The notes below the pieces were generated by a model. It saw only the letters and a program-made list of their open reading frames with translations. It was not told the origin of the DNA and searched no databases. From positions 1-53,973 of the forward strand of contig JAADVB010000119.1 of NCBI GenBank assembly GCA_023334545.1: a DNA stretch of 53,973 bases. The letters are read 5' to 3'. The DNA comes from Salisapilia sapeloensis CBS 127946. Lineage: Eukaryota > Protista > Oomycota. The position numbers and the translations under genes were made by a program. Positions 21,479 to 32,278 of this stretch are shown piece after piece (the stretch's first letter is position 1; each line of letters opens with the position of its first letter).

Positions 21479-21565
21479 CTTGAAATAAAGTTTTCTTTTC
21501 TTTTCTTTGTTCACCTCCATCTGAAGTTGACGTCAACAACATCGCTGATCGGCACATTTGCAAAA

Positions 21566-22546
21566 ATGCTTCGTCTCGCACATCTCTCTCCACGGGTTTC
21601 TACGTCTCGATGCCTTGCAATGGCTTCCAATAAGGCTGGGAATCGTGCATTTTCCTCACGGATCGAATTGCCGGAACCCAAGTTTGTCCAAGTGGCCGAG
21701 AAAGCATCCATCGAGTATATTGATGTCCAACCAAAGTCGTCGACTGAAAATAGACCGACAATTGTGCTCATGCATGGAGCTCCTGGGACGTATAAGGACT
21801 TTCGGTACTTGATACCTCATTTGCAACACTCTGCTCGAGTCATTGGCATTAATTTGCCTGGTTTCGGTCAATCCCAAGCTCTAGATGACCGCAACTTTTA
21901 TGACCTCGCTGGCACCGTTGCTGGTGCACAAGTAGCCATTGATGCTTTAGAGCAAATTTGCAACCCCGAAGAAAAGTTATTTATACTCGGACATTCCGTC
22001 GGTGGTCATTCAGCCATCCACGGAACAGCCATTGCTCGCCAACGTGATGTACTGAATGTGAGTGGTCTGGCTTTGCTTTCATCAGCAGGCTTAAAGCCAC
22101 ACAAAGCACTCACTCCATCATTCAACAGCTTTATTACAGAAGTGGCGAAAACGAGATTACCAGTCGTAGAGCCTGCAGCTCGTTGGGTATGCAAGAAAGT
22201 ATTCGTGGACTATCTCGGGTTTCCAGGTCGATTCGACACTTCGTATTACACGGCTGGCTTGGTGCGTTGCGCTGCGATGGATTACCCCCAGATACAGAAG
22301 GATGTGCATTCGTTGCGTGATTTGCCAGGGTTCTTTGCCTGGACTAAAGACGATCATTTGATCGAGGAAGACATCTCGAAAGATGTGGCAGATACAAATG
22401 CCTTTAGCCGGCAGATTGTATTTCAAGAAGGAGGACATAACATGCAGAAGACGAGAGCAGAAGTGGTTGGGAAGCTTTTGGTCGAGTGGATGGACCTCGT
22501 TGCTGATGGAAAGGGTGGGTTAGAGATGTCGTTGGAGCTCCCATAG
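21566..22546 (+). CDS. Alpha/beta-hydrolase, tandem copy 2
   Basis: HGAPGT, GHSVGG, KDD, GGHNMQK; collinear with copy 1; ATG at 21566. Confidence 0.9.
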   Translation: MLRLAHLSPRVSTSRCLAMASNKAGNRAFSSRIELPEPKFVQVAEKASIEYIDVQPKSSTENRPTIVLMHGAPGTYKDFRYLIPHLQHSARVIGINLPGFGQSQALDDRNFYDLAGTVAGAQVAIDALEQICNPEEKLFILGHSVGGHSAIHGTAIARQRDVLNVSGLALLSSAGLKPHKALTPSFNSFITEVAKTRLPVVEPAARWVCKKVFVDYLGFPGRFDTSYYTAGLVRCAAMDYPQIQKDVHSLRDLPGFFAWTKDDHLIEEDISKDVADTNAFSRQIVFQEGGHNMQKTRAEVVGKLLVEWMDLVADGKGGLEMSLELP

Positions 22547-23401
22547 ATAGAAGATGCAGTGTAGATATCGAGTGCATCGGTTTAACAAGAACGCGACCTG
22601 TGGAAATGAGCGTCTATGCTTAGTGCTTGTTTTTTCGAGATGACAGTAGGTCTATTACAAGAGCTTGAGGATGATGAAGAAAGTGTTTTTTAGGAAAGGT
22701 AAATAAGCAGCCACGTATGCGTTGCGGGTACTGCATGTAGATAGATTATATGGTCCACATACTTGTATTACACGAATTTCGCGATTGTTACTTTGCTACA
22801 TCAGGAGGTATGCTTTATCAAAGTTTGTATCTAGCATCCCACACCTCTCGTACGCTCACAAAGGCATTGTGTCGTGATGGCTGATTCGCACCTGCACGCT
22901 AGGTGCTACGCAATGCTCTTGACTGGGCTCTGAAAATACCAGTGGACACATAGAGTGAGAGTGCACTCAAAATGAGCCCACAGGCACAAGTGCTTCCTCA
23001 CTTATAGTAACTTTTCGGCTACAATGCCTTAAGTTAAGTAGTCGAGAGGTGGAGTGCTCCCAGCGACTATGCCATCATTTAAAGCAGTACATCTATTGAA
23101 ATGATTTGTAGAGCAGTCCTTGGCCTGAGAGGCATAAACATGATTCTAGACAAAGTATATGGCATTGCCAATGAAGGTGGTAGTGGTATCGTGGCATGCT
23201 GCCATCATGGCATGTCCGACAAGATGAATGGCCACTGTCACCACGAATCTGGCCTCGCGCTGGAACACAGTGTACACAAGACTTGGCACAAGAGGATACG
23301 AATTATCATGAAAGCTGAACGAGGGAATTTCCAGAGGAAACTTTAGAATTTTTATTCACTTCAAGCAAAATATAGAGGCAAGCAAAAGCTAAGGGATTCA
23401 T

Positions 23402-25582
23402 CTACATGACCGGCTTGGGATGCACCGTGCCCTCCTTGAGGATGCTCCGGAGCCAGTAAGCAAGTAGCGTCGCCATAGGACGCTCCGATGGATCTCTTGA
23501 CAAACATTGCTGTGCAATGTCATAGATACGAGTGGGGCACGTTTCGCTGAAATCAATCTTGATCGTGCCTGTGGCGATACGGTTCATAAGCGCAACTTCT
23601 GCCAACGGCTGTCCCGTGACGTTTCGGACGTCCGAGTACGGCAGATTGTGCGTATCTAGCTCCGACAGAATGACTCCAAGCGAGTAGATGTCTGCGCTGG
23701 TACTATAGTCCGATGACCCGGTCAGGATCTCTGGAGCTAGCCACTTGGCCGTTCCTACTCCTTTCGTCATCGTCGCATTCTCCGATTCAAAGCGCGAGAC
23801 ACCAAAGTCACTCAACTTGCCTCGGATATCTTCCGTCAGAAGCACGTTCCGAGACTTGAGATCACGGTGGACGATCGGAGGGTCGAATGAATGCACGTAC
23901 ACGAGAGCCTCAACGATATCGATGGCGATGCGGAGCTTCGTATCGGTCCACTCTGTCGAACTTTTTTCCTGGTCGAGATACTGTCGAAGGTCACCCTTTT
24001 CCATGTACTCAAACAGGCCTTGGAGGTCCGACTCCATCGTCCACGCAACACCGACCAACTCGACGACGTGCGGGTGATCGAGGCTACCCACGAGCTTGAG
24101 TTCGTTGACAAAGTCGTGGATGCGGCTTCGAGTAGCATGCTCCTTCAACACACGTTTGGACGCGAGATATCTGATTCGACGATACAGCACGAGATGCACG
24201 ACGCCATAGGCTCCAGCACCAAGCACACGCACATCTTCAATGTCTTCCGATTGTACTTGCTTTGCTAGCAACTCATCGTCATTCCAAATAGATGGTAGGT
24301 TGATGGCTGTATCCATCGGTCCGGTCTTCACCGTATTTGCCACCGTCTCGTCCAAATTCTTCCCAGTATGACGTCGTCGGTAGCACCACCAGCCTATGCC
24401 CAAAGCGACGATAATACCAACGCAAACGCCGACAACTGCGCCGATGATTGTTACACTACCGCCATCGCCAGATTTACTGGTTGTGGCTTTTACATTTTCG
24501 CCTACGCAGACGATAAGTTGGTCTCCAATGCGCTTACGAGTGCTGTTTCCACATTCGACGTCAACTTCATCGATGTTGTCGATCTTGAAGGTCGTGAGAC
24601 CATTGAGAACATCGTATAGTTCCTGACTTACCGTTCGATCTGTCAATGGATTGTTGGACAAATCAAGCTCCTGAAGGTTGGTGTATTGCGATAATACAGG
24701 AGGGATAGAGTCGAGCGAGTTGTCCTCGAGAATGAGTGACTGGATGCTGGTGGAAACGAGCTCGAAATTGGTTAAATTGTTCATTCGGAGCGTCAGTGTG
24801 AAGACATCGGGAAGGCTAGCGTTCTGTCCGATCGACTCGATAAAGTTCCCAGACAATTCCACATCTTCTAAAGATGTGACGGACATAAAGTTCGTAGGAA
24901 ATTCTGTCAGCATCAAATTCCGAAACGCCATCTCCTTTGTGTTGGGAGGAATGAGCTTGGAGACGTCTATCTCTTCTTTGCTCATGTCGATGTTCATAAG
25001 TCCAAACAACGTGACATTAGTAGCACTGGCGAGGAAATCAGGTTCGATTGTCACTTTCGCCACTTTACCTTTGACGTATGTTGTCAAAGTACCTCCACCA
25101 GAAATATAAACGCTCGTGTGTCCGGGCGGAATGGTGAGAGGGCCGACACTGTCCACATGGTCGTCGTTCTTAAATGGTATGAAGGCCATTTCATACGGTA
25201 ATGCGTCAACCTGAGCTTGCCATTTCTCGTTCCCTGCCTGCTCTTTTTCAAAGGAGCTATTGTAGTCGCCGTAGGGAATGTAAAATAAGGAAAAAGATTG
25301 GGGTCTACTCGGGTTTTCCCAGGCGAAGCATTCGTATCGGCAGTTTGTCGATTCTTCTGGCTTCATACAAGTGCTCGCGTTGCTTATAAACTCCGGGTCT
25401 GGCCAGCAATCTTTGGTCCACTTGTTTGCATTGTACGCAATGCAGAGGTCAGTGAACCCTTCGGAGCAGTGTGCTTCACAGTCTTCTGAAGTCACATACA
25501 ACTTTTTGTTGGAACATTCGGCTGCCACTAAGGAAGGAAGCAACCACAGTGCCATTAGTGCACCATATCGAAGCGTTACCAT
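23402..25582 (-). CDS. LRR receptor-like protein kinase (TKL group), single exon
   Basis: Signal peptide; Cys-rich N-terminus; LRRs (LEDVELSGNFI, LQELDLSNNPL); TM IIGAVVGVCVGIIVALGIGWW; kinase LGAGAYG, HRDLKSRN, DFG, WLAPE. Confidence 0.95.
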   Translation of the reverse strand: MVTLRYGALMALWLLPSLVAAECSNKKLYVTSEDCEAHCSEGFTDLCIAYNANKWTKDCWPDPEFISNASTCMKPEESTNCRYECFAWENPSRPQSFSLFYIPYGDYNSSFEKEQAGNEKWQAQVDALPYEMAFIPFKNDDHVDSVGPLTIPPGHTSVYISGGGTLTTYVKGKVAKVTIEPDFLASATNVTLFGLMNIDMSKEEIDVSKLIPPNTKEMAFRNLMLTEFPTNFMSVTSLEDVELSGNFIESIGQNASLPDVFTLTLRMNNLTNFELVSTSIQSLILEDNSLDSIPPVLSQYTNLQELDLSNNPLTDRTVSQELYDVLNGLTTFKIDNIDEVDVECGNSTRKRIGDQLIVCVGENVKATTSKSGDGGSVTIIGAVVGVCVGIIVALGIGWWCYRRRHTGKNLDETVANTVKTGPMDTAINLPSIWNDDELLAKQVQSEDIEDVRVLGAGAYGVVHLVLYRRIRYLASKRVLKEHATRSRIHDFVNELKLVGSLDHPHVVELVGVAWTMESDLQGLFEYMEKGDLRQYLDQEKSSTEWTDTKLRIAIDIVEALVYVHSFDPPIVHRDLKSRNVLLTEDIRGKLSDFGVSRFESENATMTKGVGTAKWLAPEILTGSSDYSTSADIYSLGVILSELDTHNLPYSDVRNVTGQPLAEVALMNRIATGTIKIDFSETCPTRIYDIAQQCLSRDPSERPMATLLAYWLRSILKEGTVHPKPVM

Positions 25583-25598
25583 GCCTTCTGACCAAGGT

Positions 25599-25615
25599 GG
25601 AAACTTGAATAATGC
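25599..25615 (-). promoter_or_regulatory. Inr/FPR-like core promoter of the LRR kinase
   Basis: GCATTATTCAAGTTTCC just upstream of the ATG resembles the oomycete YCATTYY + MWTTTNC element. Confidence 0.45.
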
Positions 25616-27105
25616 GCGAAGACGAATCGACAGATGATGGCCTCAAAAACTTCGCATTCTTAGTCACTTCGGCTCAACGTAACAACATAGCCCATTTCAT
25701 GTACGGATTGTATGGTTTGCCAAATCACCTTGGATGGCTCACAATAAATAGGGCATTACTTTTGTTCTCGTAAAGTACTTTGCGTTTAGTGGTCTAAAGA
25801 CCTGTCAGTTCAAGCCTACGCTTCCATTCAACCACAGAATAGACTGAAGTGAACATGCATACATTCGTTTACACAACTTGGACATTGACTGTAGCATGAG
25901 CTCTCTGCTTGAAGGTGACGAACCAAAGCGATGGTATCATTGGCGTACTTAATTTATTTAATATTCTTCGTAGGTATCCCACTCTCTACGAGTAAAAAAG
26001 CTCTCGAATGGATATCTAAGAAACCTTCCAGCACAGCATCGAGAAACTTACTGCATGATCCTATCAACAACTGCTATAGCACTCTTGTACATGTTTTTGC
26101 AAAGATTCGCTTCGTCTTTGTTTGTGGACCGATCAGCTTGGAGGACATAGACGGCAGTCAATTAGTTGCCAGTACCGCATGTAGGTTGCTTTTCGATGGG
26201 ACTTGCCAGCATTATCATGAATAGCAAAACTCAGTACAAAATAGCCTGGTGACGAGTAGAAATTATGGCGTCCATCTCTCATGTTAGAACGAAACTTTGA
26301 TGAGTGCTTTTAAATAGATTGGTGGCGATGCCTTCAAAATCTAATTTATAGATAGATTTAAATGCGATATGCGCGCTAGCGGTAGTTTTGTTTAGAAATG
26401 TCCATCCAGAGTCATACATCGAAATGATACGCTTCCAGAGCGTTGCAATCTCTGGTAACCTGGCCTGGCAGCCCAGGTTGCCAGCATCAAATTTCAACGC
26501 AACTCCCATTTCGCAGGGAATGCAGGTACGCACGTTAGTGAGGTATAGGAGCAATGAAAATAAAGAAAAACAACATATTCTTACTTTTCCACTCCTTAAC
26601 TGGTCATCCAACTTCCGACCGCAACTGGAACATCAAGCGATTTCCAGAAGCTATCACCATGACATACAGCTTCCTCGAAACTGTTACTACTGGAGGCATA
26701 GCCATAGAAAAAGAAATAACCTTTGCATTGTGCTAGATATTGCAAAGACTCAAAGTACTCGTGATTGTATCTTATAGATCATAATACAATAGATTGTCTA
26801 CCAAGTCGTTCAAATTGTTCTCGACACCAATGAATGTGACAATTTTGTCGCCTCGGACTCTAGAAGCAATCATGTCCGTCCAACTACTCCAAATCTTAGC
26901 GGCTTTCATGCTGTCAAAAAATAGAGGACTTAAATACTGCACTTCTATATTTGGCATGGTAGAATACTAAGAGCTCTACTGCGAACCAATGAACTAGTCG
27001 CAAGTTGAAATATGCACGAGCAATTGCGATGACTATGGGAGAAGCTAATCACTGTGTACGACAAAAGGAAGAAACGGGCACATTCAAACAAACTTTTAAC
27101 ATTGG

Positions 27106-28183
27106 TTATGCAGCAGTAGGCGGTCCTCCGTAGTAGTTCCAAATAGCGACTTGACGATCCCAAGAACAGGATGCAATGAGACCATCGACAAAGAGACTAA
27201 AGTCGACACCGAACGCAAATTCACGATGATGCTGAGCAGTTTGTAGTCTCGGATACGGTGATCGAACATTCCATACACCAACCGACATGTCGTACGACGC
27301 AGTGGCAATCACATCTCCATCGAAAGGAGAGCACTTAACTCTACGAATGGCATACTGATGTCCTGGCAAAACACGAAGCTCCTTGGACGGGTTTCTCGTG
27401 TCCCAGACCTTGATGCTGCAGTCTGCTGAACCAGAAACGAGCTCAAAGGGGTTGTATTTGTTCCAGTCGAGAGCAAGCACCTCGTTGTTGTGCGCAGGAA
27501 TGGTCATAGTAGACATGCCAGTGTTCATATCCCACACTTTGATCGTGCCATCACCGGAGCATGACGCTAGACGTTCGTTCTGTTGGGCATTCCATGCAGC
27601 ATGATACACTGGCTTGGTGTGTTCTGCTAACGTGAGTATGGATCGAGGTCGTTCTGGTCGCCATACTTTGATACAACTGTCCCAACTGGCCGAAGCGAAG
27701 CAATCTTTTGCGACGAGGTTCCAGCTCACGCCAGATACTTCTTGCCGATGCTCACTAAAGCTTTGAATAGGAAAGCCGTCGCGAGTCTGTAGGTGCCATA
27801 GCTTTAGAGCTCCACTAGCACACGCACTTACGAGCTGTTGGCCGTTCATTTCACTCCAAGCACAGTCGTACACGCCTTCCGGCGTGTCAAAAGCACGGAC
27901 CTAGTATTTGATATTAGATATGCCATTGCATACATATTCTTGTGACAAATTAAGCATGGGAGATGCATAGCAATGCTTGCAAATACTCATTAAAGACGAG
28001 AAATAAAAGTCTTACAGGAGCTAGGGAGCCTGACGGTAGTAGCTCATAGACGCATTGCTGTCCATTGCCAATGATACCATAGTACTGAGACGTCCCGACG
28101 GCTACGAGGTTATCTGCAAACGGACTGAACTCGACAGAGTAGCCATGTAGCTCCGTCTGCGTATGTCGAGACTGCATGAACAT
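27106..28183 (-). CDS. PEX7: PTS2 receptor peroxin 7 (WD40), intron about 27901-28015
   Basis: HGYSVEFSPF...VGTSQYYGIIGNG|VRAFDTPEGVYDCAWSE...EHRQEVSGVSWN...HHREFAFGVDFSL...SCSWD. Confidence 0.95.
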
Positions 28184-28267
28184 ACTGGATATCGATTCTG
28201 ACGGCGGTTTTGCGTGCGTATATAAATGCGATGAATGCTGACGTGATCACAGCCATTAAATGCGCAT

Positions 28268-29202
28268 TTATATTGAAGTTGTGTTATGTTCAAGACTACC
28301 GACGAGATCCGCAAGCTCGCGCTGTTCCCAAGTCTTTGTCGGTGTATGCAAGGCACATGACTCTTCAGGAGGGCTAGCAAGTGTCGTTACGGGAAATATG
28401 GAACTTGTGTATGGTTGATGCATTGCCGACAATGGACCTTTGGCTACACTAACGAGGTGGTATCCATCGTCGCAAAGAGTGGACGTTAGTTGCCAGTCCG
28501 TCGCGATACACCGGTCAAGATACAACGTCGCTTCAGATTGATAATGCTTCGCGTCTGTGGGGATAGGTTGAGAGACGACGATCTCGAGGCGATGTAGTAC
28601 AAATCCTAATCCGATACCCACAGCTTTAATAAAAGCTTCTTTGAGCGACCAGAGCAGGTAAAAAGCTCGGTACCGCGCATCTTCATCGTTCTCTTGTGCA
28701 CAGATGAAGGACCATTCTCGACCAGTAAAGTGGGAACTGAATGCTTTGAAAAATTCTGTCGAGGAAACGTTGCCGTTCGGTCGGTCCGACAGGTTAACGA
28801 CATCGACGCCAACAAGGCGGTTTATATCACTCGAGATGGCTACGACGGATCCATGATGAGAAACATTGTAATTCCAGTAGATCGGTGCATCTTGCTTTCC
28901 ACGTCGCCAATACGGTTTTTTCTATCGAGCACAAGTTGAATCATCGAGTGTGTCCACGTGCTACACAAAGTAAAAACCTCAGGTGTCCGGCAGATCTCAA
29001 TATCTTGCGTCGGCACGTCAAAACTTTCGTGCACGATGCACCGTTGTAGCAAACGACTGGCGAGCGCTAGTTTCCGATCTTTCGTAAACATAAACTGGCC
29101 GACCTGGCGTGCCTCATCCTCTGACAGCAAATGCATCGCGCGTTGCCACAGAGACGATGTCGGTTGCCAGCTAGTTACATCAACCAGCCATTGCGTCTGC
29201 AT
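28268..29202 (-). CDS. LYS5: Sfp-type 4'-phosphopantetheinyl transferase (LYS5/AASDHPPT-like), one 56-nt intron
   Basis: DRKLALASRLLQR, spliced RTPE|KKPYW, WNYNVSHHG, LVGVDV, WSLKEAFIKAVGIG. Confidence 0.9.
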
Positions 29203-29377
29203 CTTTCGATTCCGTTCGACGTTGCCTCGACTTCCCTATGCCTACGAAACGCATCTATCAAGGGCAACCGAATCAAAGCGATCGTCTCGCAGGATCAGCT
29301 GCACGATCTTCGTCTGTCTCAGCCTTTACATTTTTCAAGTCAAAGGCAAAAATCTTTTTCCCAGCTCAAGATCGCTC

Positions 29378-29395
29378 TTCATTTCCCGATTTTCC
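29378..29395 (+). promoter_or_regulatory. Inr+FPR core promoter of the GH5 gene
   Basis: TTCATTTCCCGATTTTCC about 40 nt upstream of the ATG closely matches the oomycete Inr/FPR consensus. Confidence 0.6.
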
Positions 29396-29434
29396 ATCCC
29401 GCGCGCGCATCGATTGAAGACCTCGAATTAAAAG

Positions 29435-31744
29435 ATGGTCGGACGCAAACTCGTCGGGATGATCTGTTTCGCCCTTGCGGTCACGAACAGTCTCGCGCAG
29501 GAGCAACCGGTGGAAACACCAGTGGTGACGCAGGTCGAAGAGCCTGCCTCTGGTAACGCAGACTTGGAAACTGCGGCCCCAGAAACCCAAGCTCCTGCGG
29601 ACACCGCTGCACCAGAGACGGAGGCACCTGTGGAAACACCTGCACCAGAGACGGAAGCTCCTGCTGAAACAGCGGCTCCGGAGACGGAAGCTCCTGTCGA
29701 AACTGAAGCACCGAAGACGGAGGCACCTGTTGCGACCCCTGCTCCGGAGACGGAGGCACCCGTTGAAGCGGAACCCGAGCATGATTTCGAATGGTACTGG
29801 TTCCATGAACAAGACCCACGCTTTGTGGATGAAACTGGTACGTTCCCGTTCTTCCAGCCGGATGACGACAACATGAACTGCACGTACGATGAACACGCTA
29901 CGCCGTTCAACAAGCAGGTGCGCGGGGTGAATCTCGGTGGCTGGCTTGTTCTTGAGCCGTGGATTACCCCGACGATCTTTTACCAGTTCCTGGACACGCA
30001 AGGTCGATACGGCGATGAAGCTCCGGGCAAGACTGCTATGGACAGTTACACTTTCTGCACAGCTCTTGGTCCGGAGGAAGCAAACCGTCAGCTCCGTATT
30101 CACTGGGCTAACTGGGTCACGGAAGAGGACTTCAAGAAGCTCGCTGATGCCGGTGTAAACAGCATTCGTATCCCTGTTGGTGACTGGATGTTCACGCCGT
30201 ATGTACCGTACATTGGATGCACGGAAGGTGCTGTGGAAGAACTCGACCGTGGTATTAAACTCGCCGAAAAGTATGGCATGGATGTATTGATTGATATCCA
30301 CGGCCTAATTGGTTCCCAGAATGGTTTCGACAACTCGGGTATGTCCAATTCTGTGGCTTGGACGTCCATCGCGTCGACGCAGCCTGTGGGCACAACCACT
30401 TTCGAGCACTGGCCCATCCGAACTGCCGAGTGGGCTGGGACCTATGACCCGAACAATCACAACTACTCTTCCATCAACTACGCGCACCTCAACCAGAGTC
30501 TTACGGCCGTGGAACGCATCGTCGAACGTTACAAGGATGAACCAGCAGTGCTCGGTCTGCAGCCGGTGAACGAACCGTGGGAATTGACTCCAATTGAAAC
30601 ACTCAAAGAGTACTACTGGAAGTCTTACAAGCGCATCAAGGTGATGGCGCCCAAGTGGAAGTTCGTGCTGCACGATTCGTTCCGATTCGGCGTCGACTAC
30701 TGGTCCACGTTCATGACTGGCTGTCCCGACATTGCTCTTGACACGCACATCTATCAGGCGTGGATGAACCCGGGAACGCAACAAGACTTTTACGCCAACG
30801 CTTGCCAGCAAAAATACACGATTAGTGCTATGGAGGAGGAGCGTATGCCTGTCATTGTCGGTGAGTGGTCGCTCGGTACGGATAACTGTGCCATGTGGCT
30901 CAACGGCTTCAACGACAACCTACCTGGCTTCCCTAAGGTGCAGTGCCAGATGATCGACTGCCCGATCAACAGTACATATCTTGGAGACGGTTTCCCAGGC
31001 ACCCCGCTCGACATCACCAAGCCTATTCCGGGTCCGTACGGAACTGGTGTGTCCGGTCCGTCCTTCGGCAAGTGCCCTGTGACCAGTGACAACGCCTTCT
31101 TGCAGCAAGATGATGACGAGTGGACTCGTCAATTGACGCTGAAGAAGCTGAACGCTTGGTCTGCCGGTCACGGATGGTACTTCTGGAACTTCAAGGCCGA
31201 ATTTGCCCCCAAGTGGGACTTCCTAGACCTTGTCGCCAAGGGAGCGTTCCCGGCCAATGTGTCGTCGTACACTGACGATGTCGGCAACGAGGTCTTTGAA
31301 GCCTGTAACAAGGAGGACAATGGCGAATTCGTATGCCGCGCGAAGCGTGGTGTCAGCCCGCACGACCTCAAGAACGGTCTTGCCTTTGCCTGCAATGCTG
31401 ATCACGTGAACTGCACAAACCTTGACGAACGCTTCGACACGTTGACGGAGCAGGCTGACTGGGCATTCGACCAGTACTGGCACCACGAACGTACCAAGGG
31501 CGCTACGTGCGATTTCGGTGGCACTGCGCATTTGATGACGGTTCCGGGTAAGGACCCGTGGTGGTCTCCGGCTCCGCTCGAAGGTGTCGGTGACAAGGTC
31601 GAGACGTTGACGCACGAAAGCTGGACGGGTTTCATCGCGATCATCGTCGGTGGCATCGTCGTGGTGGTTGTCGTCGGCACGCTTATCTACCGCTGGACGC
31701 AGCGTCGTCGTCGTCAAGCATACCAGCCGATTCGTGGCAACTAA
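29435..31744 (+). CDS. GH5 glucan 1,3-beta-glucosidase with X8/CBM43-like domain and C-terminal TM helix
   Basis: VRGVNLGGWLVLEPWITP, VNEP acid/base, VGEWS nucleophile, GWYFWNFK; X8-like C...AFAC...NC...WAFDQYW...CDFGG; TM followed by RRRR. Confidence 0.95.
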   Translation: MVGRKLVGMICFALAVTNSLAQEQPVETPVVTQVEEPASGNADLETAAPETQAPADTAAPETEAPVETPAPETEAPAETAAPETEAPVETEAPKTEAPVATPAPETEAPVEAEPEHDFEWYWFHEQDPRFVDETGTFPFFQPDDDNMNCTYDEHATPFNKQVRGVNLGGWLVLEPWITPTIFYQFLDTQGRYGDEAPGKTAMDSYTFCTALGPEEANRQLRIHWANWVTEEDFKKLADAGVNSIRIPVGDWMFTPYVPYIGCTEGAVEELDRGIKLAEKYGMDVLIDIHGLIGSQNGFDNSGMSNSVAWTSIASTQPVGTTTFEHWPIRTAEWAGTYDPNNHNYSSINYAHLNQSLTAVERIVERYKDEPAVLGLQPVNEPWELTPIETLKEYYWKSYKRIKVMAPKWKFVLHDSFRFGVDYWSTFMTGCPDIALDTHIYQAWMNPGTQQDFYANACQQKYTISAMEEERMPVIVGEWSLGTDNCAMWLNGFNDNLPGFPKVQCQMIDCPINSTYLGDGFPGTPLDITKPIPGPYGTGVSGPSFGKCPVTSDNAFLQQDDDEWTRQLTLKKLNAWSAGHGWYFWNFKAEFAPKWDFLDLVAKGAFPANVSSYTDDVGNEVFEACNKEDNGEFVCRAKRGVSPHDLKNGLAFACNADHVNCTNLDERFDTLTEQADWAFDQYWHHERTKGATCDFGGTAHLMTVPGKDPWWSPAPLEGVGDKVETLTHESWTGFIAIIVGGIVVVVVVGTLIYRWTQRRRRQAYQPIRGN
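29567..29764 (+). repeat. About six tandem 33-nt (11-aa) coding repeats, (E/D/A)T(A/P/E)APETEAP(A/V)
   Basis: ETAAPETQAPA DTAAPETEAPV ETPAPETEAPA ETAAPETEAPV ETEAPKTEAPV ATPAPETEAPV. Confidence 0.9.
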
Positions 31745-31913
31745 GACCACGTCGATGGGTCTCCGTCAGGACAATAGCTATCACTTTTCCGCTTTTGGTT
31801 TTTTGATACTCCACGTCAGAGTTTTGACTGTGTGCATCATGGAGAAATATCGAAAACAAATGAATTTGCTCATAAATGACTTTGATTGTGGTTACCAGTT
31901 GGATAGTAGTAGC

Positions 31914-32240
31914 TTAGGCGTCGCTATCTTCACTGTCACTTAATGGAAGGAGTTGTTGGAGCATGATAATATCTTGCAATGTCGGTTTGTCTGGTGCGTT
32001 CAGTGGATCGAGGTGGATGCTGTTTACCCATCGGTCAAAGTCCTCGTCACATGCCGGCCCTTCCTTTACCTTTTGCAGCAACGCATGACGATCTTTTAGT
32101 CGTCGTTGGTTCTCATTTGCTTTCGTTCGATGAAATTGGCATAGTGAATGCAACTTTCCATTAAGCTTGACAGCTCGTGGGTTTCCACACGTTTTTCCCT
32201 TGTATGTACAACGGAGGTTGTCTGGGACTTGTTGCTCCAT
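31914..32240 (-). CDS. Small C3H zinc-finger-like protein, copy A
   Basis: CTYKGKTCGNPRAVKLNGKLHSLCQFHRTKANENQRR with C-terminal LQQLL; ATG 32240 follows an Inr/FPR-like motif. Confidence 0.8.
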   Translation of the reverse strand: MEQQVPDNLRCTYKGKTCGNPRAVKLNGKLHSLCQFHRTKANENQRRLKDRHALLQKVKEGPACDEDFDRWVNSIHLDPLNAPDKPTLQDIIMLQQLLPLSDSEDSDA

Positions 32241-32260
32241 ATTGATCGTACGTGTGGTAA

Positions 32261-32278
32261 GGTAGATTTGGGAATGAG
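32261..32278 (-). promoter_or_regulatory. Inr/FPR-like core promoter of zinc-finger copy A
   Basis: CTCATTCCCAAATCTACC about 20 nt upstream of ATG 32240. Confidence 0.5.

Noticed and set aside
29428-31750. Multiple long minus-strand ORFs opposite the GH5 gene, and similar ones opposite SLC35A and the carrier
   Set aside because: Antisense open frames caused by codon bias in strongly coding genes.
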